Positions 24,128 through 32,343 of a DNA stretch of 40,920 bases are shown one piece after another. Origin of the DNA: Candidatus Andersenbacteria bacterium RIFCSPHIGHO2_12_FULL_45_11b (GTDB lineage: Bacteria > Patescibacteriota > Andersenbacteria > UBA10190). The stretch is from contig MHHS01000051.1 in NCBI GenBank assembly GCA_001817115.1, positions 1 to 40,920 of the forward strand, given 5' to 3'. Numbering within the stretch: the first letter of the stretch is position 1; every line of letters starts with the position of its first letter. Under the pieces are notes generated by a model. It was not told the DNA's origin, made no database searches, and saw only the letters and a list, made by a program, of their open reading frames with translations. Made by a program: the position numbers and the translations under genes.

Positions 24128-25885
24128 ATGCAAGCCGTAACCTCCGTATTTAAAGCATTTACACCAAGTATTAGGAAGCATTGGGTTCTTTTCGGCGCGT
24201 CGATACTGCTCATGATTGGCGCCGTTCTTTTCGGCGCAGCCTTCCCTTTTTACACAAGAATGCTTGTAAATGAGTTCGCAAAGAATACCCATGACGCATC
24301 GCGGGCATGGCTGATTTTTCAAACTCTTATCTGGATGTATGTCGGAGTCAATATTTGCTATCGGCTGTTTGACATCACTATAACTCTATTCCAGGCAAAA
24401 GTAGCGCGAGACCTCACAAAGCGCAGTTTTGCCGTACTGCAAACTCAATCGATGCATTTTTTTGAGAACTCTTTTACAGGATCCATTATAACGAGCGCGA
24501 AACGATTCAGTAATGCTTTTGATGGCATGGCTGATGTGTTTTTCTATCAGCTCCTCAAAAGCAGCATCCTGTTTATTGTTATATTTGTTGTGACCGTTAG
24601 AGAAAGGCCGTTACTGGCTGTGCTCGTAGCGGGCTGGATGCTCGTATATTGCGGGCTGATTTTGTTTGCAATACGCTTTCAACTCCCATTCTTCAATGCC
24701 AGCGCGAGCGTTGATTCTGAAGTTGGCGCCGTTCTCGCCGATTCAATAAGCAACCACATGACCGTGAAGTCATTCGGCCGAGAAGCAACTGAAGCAAAGC
24801 GCTTTCTTGCAGTTATTCAAAAAAGCTACATCATGCGCCTTAAAGCATGGTTTGCCAGCAATGCGGTCTTTGCAATACAAGGCATTCTCATGGCTATAGC
24901 AGAGCTTGGGCTAACCTGGTACCTCATAACAGGGTGGCACAAAGGAGAAGTAACAATTGGCGATTTTGTATTTTTCCAGGCCTACATACTTTGGATGATT
25001 GAACAAATTTGGAACCTTGGTCCAATGATGCATCGCTTCTTTGAACATGTATCTGATGCGAAAGAAATGGCTGACATCTATCACATAACGCCTGATGTAC
25101 AAGATACTCATGGAGCTAGCACTTTAAAAGTTACAAGTGGCAAGATTGAATTTCATAAAGTTACTTTTAGCTATAAAAATAGCAAACGCGGAACATATCA
25201 AACTATCAATAATTTAACGCTTACAATCCCGGCCGGGCAATCCATAGGCCTTGTCGGTCGAAGCGGGGCAGGCAAAAGCACAATCGTGAAGTTATTACTA
25301 CGATTTTACGATTTGCATAATGGGCGAATTCTTATTGATGGCCAAGACATCACAAAAGTTACTCAAGAAAGCTTGCGCCAACAGATTGCGGTAGTCCCTC
25401 AAGATCCGCAAATGTTTCACTCTACAATACGACACAATATTGCGTTTGCACGACCGGATACAACTGAAGCAGAAATTATTGAAGCGGCAAAGAAGGCGTA
25501 TGCATGGGACTTTATTCAAGAGCTCCCCTATGGCCTCGATGCTATCGTAGGAGAACGCGGCGTAAAGCTTTCCGGAGGACAGCGCCAGCGCATTGCAATT
25601 GCGCGCGCAATTTTAGCAGATCCTCACATTCTCATATTGGACGAGGCGACGAGCGCACTTGATAGTGCGACGGAAAAAATCATCCAACAAGCAATCGCGA
25701 ACTTGCTGCAAAGCCGCACTTCGATCGTGATCGCGCATCGCTTAAGCACCATCATGCGATTAGATCGCATTGTAGTTATTCAGAATGGTAGAATTATTGA
25801 AGATGGAACCCACCAAGAACTTCTTGGTCACAAAGGAGAATACGCCGACCTTTGGGCGCACCAAAGCGGAGGATATTTAAAATAA
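24128..25885 (+). CDS. ABC exporter, fused permease/ATPase (MsbA/Atm1-like half transporter)
   Basis: Transmembrane domain plus GRSGAGKST, LSGGQRQR, ILDEATSALD, IAHRLST. Confidence 0.95.
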   Translation: MQAVTSVFKAFTPSIRKHWVLFGASILLMIGAVLFGAAFPFYTRMLVNEFAKNTHDASRAWLIFQTLIWMYVGVNICYRLFDITITLFQAKVARDLTKRSFAVLQTQSMHFFENSFTGSIITSAKRFSNAFDGMADVFFYQLLKSSILFIVIFVVTVRERPLLAVLVAGWMLVYCGLILFAIRFQLPFFNASASVDSEVGAVLADSISNHMTVKSFGREATEAKRFLAVIQKSYIMRLKAWFASNAVFAIQGILMAIAELGLTWYLITGWHKGEVTIGDFVFFQAYILWMIEQIWNLGPMMHRFFEHVSDAKEMADIYHITPDVQDTHGASTLKVTSGKIEFHKVTFSYKNSKRGTYQTINNLTLTIPAGQSIGLVGRSGAGKSTIVKLLLRFYDLHNGRILIDGQDITKVTQESLRQQIAVVPQDPQMFHSTIRHNIAFARPDTTEAEIIEAAKKAYAWDFIQELPYGLDAIVGERGVKLSGGQRQRIAIARAILADPHILILDEATSALDSATEKIIQQAIANLLQSRTSIVIAHRLSTIMRLDRIVVIQNGRIIEDGTHQELLGHKGEYADLWAHQSGGYLK

Positions 25886-25896
25886 GAGAAACGCTC

Positions 25897-26352
25897 ATGT
25901 CTCAAAATTGCCTCGTCTGCGATAGAATTCAATCAATAAAAGACGATAACAATCCATACTTCGTTGCAGAACTTGAAACCGGATATGTTGTTCTAGGTGA
26001 TTATCAATTTTTTGAAGGCTACACCCTGTTTCTTTCAAAGATACACGCAAAAGAATTACACGAACTTGATTCAGAATTTCGAAAACAATTTGTATGGGAA
26101 ATGAGCATTACAGCAGAAGCAGTATTCAAGGCATTTCACCCTAAAAAGCTTAATTATGAACTGCTTGGCAATACGGATGAACACATACACTGGCACATTT
26201 TTCCAAGGCACGAGAATGACCCACTCCCTAATCGAACGGTGTGGAATATTGATAAAGAAATTCGAAATGCAGAATCTGCGAAACCTTCACGGGAAAAATT
26301 GCAGAAATTGAAAGAGAAATTAAAAAATATCTTCAATAACAACAAAATTTAA
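25897..26352 (+). CDS. HIT-family nucleotide hydrolase
   Basis: CLVC, KLNYELLGN, HIHWHIFPR; start at ATG 25897. Confidence 0.9.
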   Translation: MSQNCLVCDRIQSIKDDNNPYFVAELETGYVVLGDYQFFEGYTLFLSKIHAKELHELDSEFRKQFVWEMSITAEAVFKAFHPKKLNYELLGNTDEHIHWHIFPRHENDPLPNRTVWNIDKEIRNAESAKPSREKLQKLKEKLKNIFNNNKI

Positions 26353-26361
26353 TTTGGGGAT

Positions 26362-27195
26362 TCAATCAAGTTTCTTCGCCTTGAACCCAAATATAGTTTT
26401 GTAATTTATTTCTCCAAATAATACCGGATAAAAATCAGAATCAGAAAGAATTGGCGTCCTGCCTTCGGAATATCCAATAATATCTCCTTTATGGATTATC
26501 TCATAATTTTTTATTTCTACGTTCGGAGTATCGGTCTCTAATTTTGGATACGTTGCATAACATTCAAACTGCTGTGGCTTACGAGCATTAGTAACGAAAT
26601 CCGTTGGTTTTATTACGCCCAACAACGAGAGGATATTTCGAATGTCTGCGCATGTCCTATCTCTCGTTTCGGCATCATTACCGCCATATTCGAATGCAAT
26701 AACGGGAATAGTTTTATCGGGTAACCTAGCAGCAGCAGGCAGTGATGTTCCCTTTGTCGCGATCATATGTAGAATAATTTTTGCATTTTCGCACACGGAT
26801 ATCATTTTTTGCACTTCCGAGGAATCATCTTCGATAATCAAACAATCCTTCGTAGCTGAAACCGTTGAATGGATATCGATAACATAATCAAAATTAGGAA
26901 TATATTGCATCATCTGAAACGCCACCTGCTCCTCGTAACCACCAGTAACAGATCCAGGGAAAGACCTATTTAAATCAGAATCGATAAATCTCTTGCCTTC
27001 TTTGAGAGCTAGCTCGTTTGCTATATGAAAAATAACTGAGCCACTCTGTATTGAAATTTCTTTCAATTTATCCAAAACTTCAATTCCTAGCGTTTCGTTA
27101 CCGTGACTGCAAACATTTACCAACACTCTTGGATACGAAAGATTTTTTGCTTGCGATATTAATGTTGTATATTTTTCGATTATTTCTAAATTCAT
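26362..27195 (-). CDS. Succinylglutamate desuccinylase / aspartoacylase (M14) family protein
   Basis: HGNE, RFIDSDLNRSFPG, DIHST, FEYG. Confidence 0.88.
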   Translation of the reverse strand: MNLEIIEKYTTLISQAKNLSYPRVLVNVCSHGNETLGIEVLDKLKEISIQSGSVIFHIANELALKEGKRFIDSDLNRSFPGSVTGGYEEQVAFQMMQYIPNFDYVIDIHSTVSATKDCLIIEDDSSEVQKMISVCENAKIILHMIATKGTSLPAAARLPDKTIPVIAFEYGGNDAETRDRTCADIRNILSLLGVIKPTDFVTNARKPQQFECYATYPKLETDTPNVEIKNYEIIHKGDIIGYSEGRTPILSDSDFYPVLFGEINYKTIFGFKAKKLD

Positions 27196-27203
27196 GCAAA
27201 CGT

Positions 27204-27614
27204 CTAATTATGATTATTCGGATTATACAATTCCAAAAACTTCTTCACATTGGAAAACAGCGGTACTTTTTTCGCATCGTCTATCGAGAAAAATCTGATT
27301 TCAATGCATTCGTCGGACGGAACAAAATCCAAATGCTTTAGTTGTGTAATATACAAAACGTTATTAACCCATCCAAGCTTGGCGAGACAAGCAAGAAAAT
27401 ATGACGGGTGTTCGGCAACAAACAGAGTTTCTAACCCCATTTCCTCTCGGATTTCACGCACGATGCCATCTTGCGGTTCTTCACCCCAATCCAATCCCCC
27501 GCCCGGCAAATCCCATTTGCCAGATTCTGCTTTTGCAAGCAAAAAGGTACCGTCTTCCCCTAATACAAGTGCTTTTACGCTTGTTCTATAATATGCGTTT
27601 GAAATTTGTGGCAT
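27204..27614 (-). CDS. NUDIX hydrolase
   Basis: WDLPGGGLDWGEEPQDGIVREIREEMG; start at ATG 27614. Confidence 0.9.
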   Translation of the reverse strand: MPQISNAYYRTSVKALVLGEDGTFLLAKAESGKWDLPGGGLDWGEEPQDGIVREIREEMGLETLFVAEHPSYFLACLAKLGWVNNVLYITQLKHLDFVPSDECIEIRFFSIDDAKKVPLFSNVKKFLELYNPNNHN

Positions 27615-27670
27615 ATGGCAAGGGTAGCATATACAGTACACTTGTTACACTGTTATATAAAAGTCAAAAC

Positions 27671-28294
27671 ATGCCACAAAATTCTATCAAAAACATTATC
27701 TTCGACGTAAGCGACGTACTCACGACGTATGCGCATGGGCCACAATACTCTAACGAACTGCTGTCAGAAGAAACGGGTGTTTCAATGGACGTAATTAAGG
27801 ATTTTTTCAAGGAATACATAGAAACTGGTCGAAAAGTACAGGGATTATCGTTTGAAGAATTTTGGCCAACAAGAACAGTGGATACGAAACAATTAACATT
27901 GGAAGATGTGAAAAAATCGGGTAAACGGCACGGTGACAACATCGCAATTAACCAACAAATGACTGCACTCTTACAAACATTGCGACCTACCTATCGCCTA
28001 TTCGCACTCACAAACGCATGGAAGCCCGGACATCCGTTTAAATCAAAACTCGAATCGTATTTTGAAGCATTTGTGCAATCATGCGATATTCATTTATGGA
28101 AACCGAATCGAGATGTTTTTGAATACATGATCGAAACGTATAATCTTACACCCCAAGAAACATTATTCATCGACAACGACTTGAAAAACATAGAAATGGC
28201 CCAGCAAGTAGGCATGCACGCAATTCAGTTTTTTACTTTTGAAAAACTTACTGAAGAATTGCGAAATTTTCTAACACCCGGTGTTAGAATTTGA
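27671..28294 (+). CDS. HAD-family phosphatase (YihX-like)
   Basis: IIFDVSDVL, LTN, KP, LFIDND; start at ATG 27671. Confidence 0.88.
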   Translation: MPQNSIKNIIFDVSDVLTTYAHGPQYSNELLSEETGVSMDVIKDFFKEYIETGRKVQGLSFEEFWPTRTVDTKQLTLEDVKKSGKRHGDNIAINQQMTALLQTLRPTYRLFALTNAWKPGHPFKSKLESYFEAFVQSCDIHLWKPNRDVFEYMIETYNLTPQETLFIDNDLKNIEMAQQVGMHAIQFFTFEKLTEELRNFLTPGVRI

Positions 28295-29015
28295 ATTTTT
28301 TATTAAGGTACTCTAGCGAAAGCTGCTCTTCTAATTTCTTGCATTCACGTTCTGTAAGAATTTGCTCCAATTCTTTGGCAATATTTTCGGTAATTATGTT
28401 TTGTTTAGCAAGCGGCCTAATAAAAGATACCAGCTTTTGAGCAAAGTCAGGACTCATATCTATGCCTTGAGTAAGGTAATGGTGAATATTTTTTGCCAAA
28501 ATAGTCTGCAAGCGACTAGCTCGCCACTGCAAGTGCTCAAAAACGTTCTTGCTGAGCGTTACATCAGAATCGAGATTTAAAGTTTTAGGTGAATGAACTA
28601 ATTTCCACGTATGACGAATAATTCCTAAAATACCTGTTTTTTCTAACACATCTGCATCATGAACAATTTTTGCTTCCAAACTTTTTGCTTTAGCAGTTCC
28701 TTCATGAGATGCAACGCATTCGGCAATTTGATCTACATCATCTTTAGAAAGACACAGCGGCTTCAGTATGCTCTTAACAATTTTTTTATTCGTTTCATAA
28801 TTATAATCGTCCCCCGTAGGAAGAGCTGTGTCATGCAAAAAAGCACCGGCAACAGCTATCGGCAGATCGGCTTCCATTTTTTTTGCCATGAATTCTACAA
28901 TAGCAACCACGCGAAGCAAATGCTTATTGCCTTTTGACTTGCCGCCGAAAGCCGCATCGTGATCAATCGCGATGGCCAGTTTTTTTATATCCCGGAGATT
29001 CTGTTTAGTAAGCAT
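28284..29015 (-). CDS. HD-domain phosphohydrolase
   Basis: HLLRV, FLHD, SHEG, IVHDADVLE. Confidence 0.88.
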   Translation of the reverse strand: MLTKQNLRDIKKLAIAIDHDAAFGGKSKGNKHLLRVVAIVEFMAKKMEADLPIAVAGAFLHDTALPTGDDYNYETNKKIVKSILKPLCLSKDDVDQIAECVASHEGTAKAKSLEAKIVHDADVLEKTGILGIIRHTWKLVHSPKTLNLDSDVTLSKNVFEHLQWRASRLQTILAKNIHHYLTQGIDMSPDFAQKLVSFIRPLAKQNIITENIAKELEQILTERECKKLEEQLSLEYLNKKFKF

Positions 29016-29084
29016 AGATAGTAAACTAAGTTGATTTAAAAGAGCTGGCGTCGGTAAAACCTTGGCCAGCCTCGTCGTCCTTCA

Positions 29085-29621
29085 TTAGCCCCTGGATAGA
29101 ATCCAGTCTACCAGTGAATCGATATCAGCACCGCCTTCGTTATTAACAGTGATGCGATTTTCAGTGCTAGCCGGAAATGCTTCGAATATATCCTGAAAAC
29201 GAAGATACATATTGAGCGATTCTTCGGTAGTAAGGATGTGCCCCGTTCGAGCCGTAGCTTGCAATCGTTTTTTAACAACCTCGTAGGGACATTGAATCTC
29301 AATCCAAGTCACTTGAACGTGCCGATCGACGCAACAAGATTCCAGTTGAGTTCTCAGCGAATGCAGATGAAAGACTTCATCCATAATCGCCACCTCAAGG
29401 CCCTCATCAAACCGACCAAAGACGTATTCGAGCGCCTTTTGGTAGTACGACCATCGCAAATCAGGGGGATCAATTTCATGCTTGACCAGAACCGGATCAA
29501 CGTCGGTTTTCTTGAAATCATCAAGATCGACAATCATCGTGTCCGTTTTTTTGCTAACTCCTCGAGAAATAGTAGACTTGCCTACCCCCGGCAACCCGGC
29601 AAACAACAGTAATCGCTTCAT
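29085..29621 (-). CDS. P-loop small-molecule/nucleotide kinase (AAA_33-like)
   Basis: LLLFAGLPGVGKST, DLDD, IMDEVF, KKRLQATAR; SD TAAGGAG. Confidence 0.85.
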   Translation of the reverse strand: MKRLLLFAGLPGVGKSTISRGVSKKTDTMIVDLDDFKKTDVDPVLVKHEIDPPDLRWSYYQKALEYVFGRFDEGLEVAIMDEVFHLHSLRTQLESCCVDRHVQVTWIEIQCPYEVVKKRLQATARTGHILTTEESLNMYLRFQDIFEAFPASTENRITVNNEGGADIDSLVDWILSRG

Positions 29622-29658
29622 CGCCCTACTCCTTATTTGATTTTAACTTCAAAGAACT

Positions 29659-29686
29659 AAAAACTAGCCTCATCGGAGGCTAGTTT
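29659..29686 (-). terminator. Attenuator terminator in the kinase 5' leader
   Basis: Minus strand AAACTAGCCTC-CGAT-GAGGCTAG-TTTTT, about 40 nt upstream of the kinase start. Confidence 0.8.
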
Positions 29687-29710
29687 AAGAAAAAGAACCT
29701 TATTTGCTCT

Positions 29711-29782
29711 CTACCTAAAATCAGCCACCGCAGAAGGCTTAGTATAATAATATGAATATTGAGCAGTATCTTTTAACGACAT
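29711..29782 (-). CDS. Putative attenuator leader peptide MSLKDTAQYSYYYTKPSAVADFR (23 aa)
   Basis: Manual translation; four TAT codons within five positions; ATG sits at the predicted transcription start. Confidence 0.7.
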   Translation of the reverse strand: MSLKDTAQYSYYYTKPSAVADFR

Positions 29783-29789
29783 TGAGTTC

Positions 29790-29818
29790 ATGATAGAGAG
29801 CCTGATCGTTATTGTCAA
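29790..29818 (-). promoter_or_regulatory. Sigma70 promoter of the leader-peptide/kinase transcript
   Basis: TTGACA (29818-29813)-17 nt-TATCAT (29795-29790). Confidence 0.75.
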
Positions 29819-29904
29819 TAAAATGCACCCTTTTCCAGGCTTATTCATTTCCAGAAACATACTAATGCAAAACCTATATGCATAAATATTTTCGTGAATG
29901 TATT

Positions 29905-29940
29905 AAAAAACCTCGAGAAGAAATGAATCTTCTCGAGGTT
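29905..29940 (-). terminator. Terminator of the second ABC exporter
   Basis: AACCTCGAGAAGA / TCTTCTCGAGGTT stem; A-run on + gives a U-tract on -. Confidence 0.85.
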
Positions 29941-29963
29941 CAAATGATCAACTTTCGCTTGCT

Positions 29964-31709
29964 TTATACATATCCGCGGACTTGATGAGCCCAGAGATTT
30001 GCATACATGCCTTCCGCACTCAACAGGTCTTCATGCGCTCCATCTTCGGCAATCTTTCCGTTTTCCATAACGACTATGCGATCCAAACTCATAATCGTGC
30101 TCAACCGGTGCGCAATTACAACCGAAGTACGCCCTCGCAATAGATTGGCAATTGCTTTTTGGATGTACTTTTCAGTTTCGCTATCCAGCGCACTGGTTGC
30201 TTCGTCCAAAAGAAGAATCTTCGGATCTGCAAGTATCGCACGGGCAATAGCAATCCGCTGGCATTGACCTCCAGAAAGCTTCATTCCGCGTTCTCCTACC
30301 ATAGTATCCAGACCATCAGGAAGTTTTTCTATGAACTCCCATGCATACGCTTGCTTGGCTGCCTCGACTACGTCCTCCTCGCTTGCATTCGGACACGCAA
30401 ATGCAATGTTTTCCCGAATCGTACGATGGAAGAGTTGCGGCTGCTGCGGAACAACCGCCATTTGCTGACGCAAACTTTTTTGCGTCACATCGGTGATATC
30501 CTGCATATCGATCCGGATATATCCGGAATCCAGCTCATACAGTCGCATAAGGAGCTTTACGAGCGTACTTTTGCCAGCGCCGGTTCTTCCTACCAAGCCA
30601 ACAGATTGGCCGGGAGGAATCTTCATATCGATTCCGTTAATAGCAAAGCTCTTCTCTGAATATACTGTCCCGTAGTGAAAAGTAAGAGCATGAATGTCTA
30701 TCTGCCCTTCCGAAATCACTAACGGGTGAGCCTTTGGCGCATCTCGCACCTCTGACTCCAGATCAAAGACTTCTGTCATTTCCCTTGCTTCCGCAACGAG
30801 AATAAAAAGTTTTCGAACCGAGTGAACGAACGTCCATAAATGACCCAATATCCAAGCCATATATGTCTGGAAGAAAACCAGATCTCCTGTCGTAATCGTT
30901 CCTTTCGCCCAGCCGCCTATCATCCACCATACGAGGCCGACTTCTGCGACCATCATCATAATCATTTGCATCGCCATGCCTGCGTTTCCTACCATCCACG
31001 CCTTCAAGCGTTTCTGATAGTTTTCAACCACAACAGTATCGAATCGTTTCTGTTCAGATGGCTCGCAGCCGAACGACTTGACCGTGAGATGACTCCCGAT
31101 AGAATCCGCGCATGCACCTCCTACCTTGCTGTCTGCTTCCGCCGATGCTTTTTCGAGTGGATATCTATACTTAATCAGGATGGCGCCAACCGCGAGGAAA
31201 GCGACGACCCACGCACCAAATGCAAACGCGAAGCTTGGCATAGTGCTGAAAAATGCAACAAAGGCAAAGCATAGAATAAGGATACTTCGCCCCACTTCTA
31301 CAAACAGCACATCGATTATTCCTTCGAAAGAATTTCGAAACCGGCCGGCACTTTTTACGAGCGCCCCCGTAAAAGCATTTTCGAAGAAACTAATGGATTG
31401 CCGTTGGATAGCCGCGAAACTGCGCTGATCTAAATCGCGCATAATTCGCGCCTCATACAACGAAAGCGCCACATCGAAGATTCGATATGCCAAGAACGTA
31501 CCAACGCCGAGCATGAGATACTGCCAAAATATCTCCTTGGCCAAGGACACATTTTTCTCTTCCGCCGTAAACACATTTACAATGTTCCTCAACAGAAAGG
31601 GGCGAAGTGATGCAAACGCAATTGCTCCCGAAATAGAGATGCACAATATCACAAACAATAAGTGATACTTGCGCATACTGGGCCAATAGGCACGAAATAC
31701 CGCTAACAT
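29964..31709 (-). CDS. ABC exporter, fused permease/ATPase; paralogue of 24128..25885
   Basis: GRTGAGKST, LSGGQCQR, LLDEATSALD, IAHRLST; SD TAAGGAG. Confidence 0.95.
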   Translation of the reverse strand: MLAVFRAYWPSMRKYHLLFVILCISISGAIAFASLRPFLLRNIVNVFTAEEKNVSLAKEIFWQYLMLGVGTFLAYRIFDVALSLYEARIMRDLDQRSFAAIQRQSISFFENAFTGALVKSAGRFRNSFEGIIDVLFVEVGRSILILCFAFVAFFSTMPSFAFAFGAWVVAFLAVGAILIKYRYPLEKASAEADSKVGGACADSIGSHLTVKSFGCEPSEQKRFDTVVVENYQKRLKAWMVGNAGMAMQMIMMMVAEVGLVWWMIGGWAKGTITTGDLVFFQTYMAWILGHLWTFVHSVRKLFILVAEAREMTEVFDLESEVRDAPKAHPLVISEGQIDIHALTFHYGTVYSEKSFAINGIDMKIPPGQSVGLVGRTGAGKSTLVKLLMRLYELDSGYIRIDMQDITDVTQKSLRQQMAVVPQQPQLFHRTIRENIAFACPNASEEDVVEAAKQAYAWEFIEKLPDGLDTMVGERGMKLSGGQCQRIAIARAILADPKILLLDEATSALDSETEKYIQKAIANLLRGRTSVVIAHRLSTIMSLDRIVVMENGKIAEDGAHEDLLSAEGMYANLWAHQVRGYV

Positions 31710-31803
31710 GGTCTTTCTCCTTACCTAAATTGTGAAAAAACTTCCTAGTTCAGCCTAAATTGGCAATCTGGACTTTTTAATTTACACTTAATTGTTTAAT
31801 TAG

Positions 31804-32343
31804 TCAAATTTTCTCCTCCGCAAGGAGCAGCGCTAAGACCGTATCAATCACGTGCAGTTCCCCGCTCTTAGCCATAGCGAGAGCTTCTCGAAATGGCTTC
31901 TCGATTATTTCTATATCTTCAGTGTCGTCTAAATGTTGATCCGATGTTTTTTTGGCATTTTTTGCAAGATAGAGATGAATATTTCCACCGACTGTTTTAC
32001 CTGCGCTTTTTATAAAATATCCGAGCTTGCTCCAATTGTCTGATTCATACCCCGTTTCTTCTTTAAGTTCCCGCTTCGCAGCTTCCAGGGGATCTTCACC
32101 GTCTTCCATATACCCCGCCGGGAGCTCGATTATAATTTGCGAGATGCCATGCTTGTATTGGCGTACCAGAGGAACAATGCCGCTTGGCGTTATAGCAAGA
32201 ATCATAACGATATCATTCCACACGCCAAGATAGTACTCATCGAGAATTTTCCCGGGCCGCACTTCGACCATATCCTTGCGCACGCTATACCACTTATTTT
32301 GCAATACCCATTCTGATTTTATTAATTTCCACGGCTTGATCAT
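31804..32343 (-). CDS. NUDIX hydrolase, ADP-ribose pyrophosphatase-like
   Basis: LVRQYK, ELPAGYMEDGEDPLEAAKRELKEETG, LDDTEDIE; ATGA overlap with murI. Confidence 0.9.
   Translation of the reverse strand: MIKPWKLIKSEWVLQNKWYSVRKDMVEVRPGKILDEYYLGVWNDIVMILAITPSGIVPLVRQYKHGISQIIIELPAGYMEDGEDPLEAAKRELKEETGYESDNWSKLGYFIKSAGKTVGGNIHLYLAKNAKKTSDQHLDDTEDIEIIEKPFREALAMAKSGELHVIDTVLALLLAEEKI

Noticed and set aside
27401-27670. Long N-terminal extensions in the ORF track (HAD from 27401, peptidase E from 6601, GDPD from 18623, murI from 33257, HIT from 25852)
   Set aside because: They overlap neighbouring genes or terminators; family motifs begin at downstream ATGs, most of which have a -10 box or a stop-start overlap.
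4600-31800. Integron cassette array as the explanation for the many short modules
   Set aside because: Genes alternate in orientation and carry their own promoters; no intI and no repeated RYYYAAC...GTTRRRY attC sites were seen.
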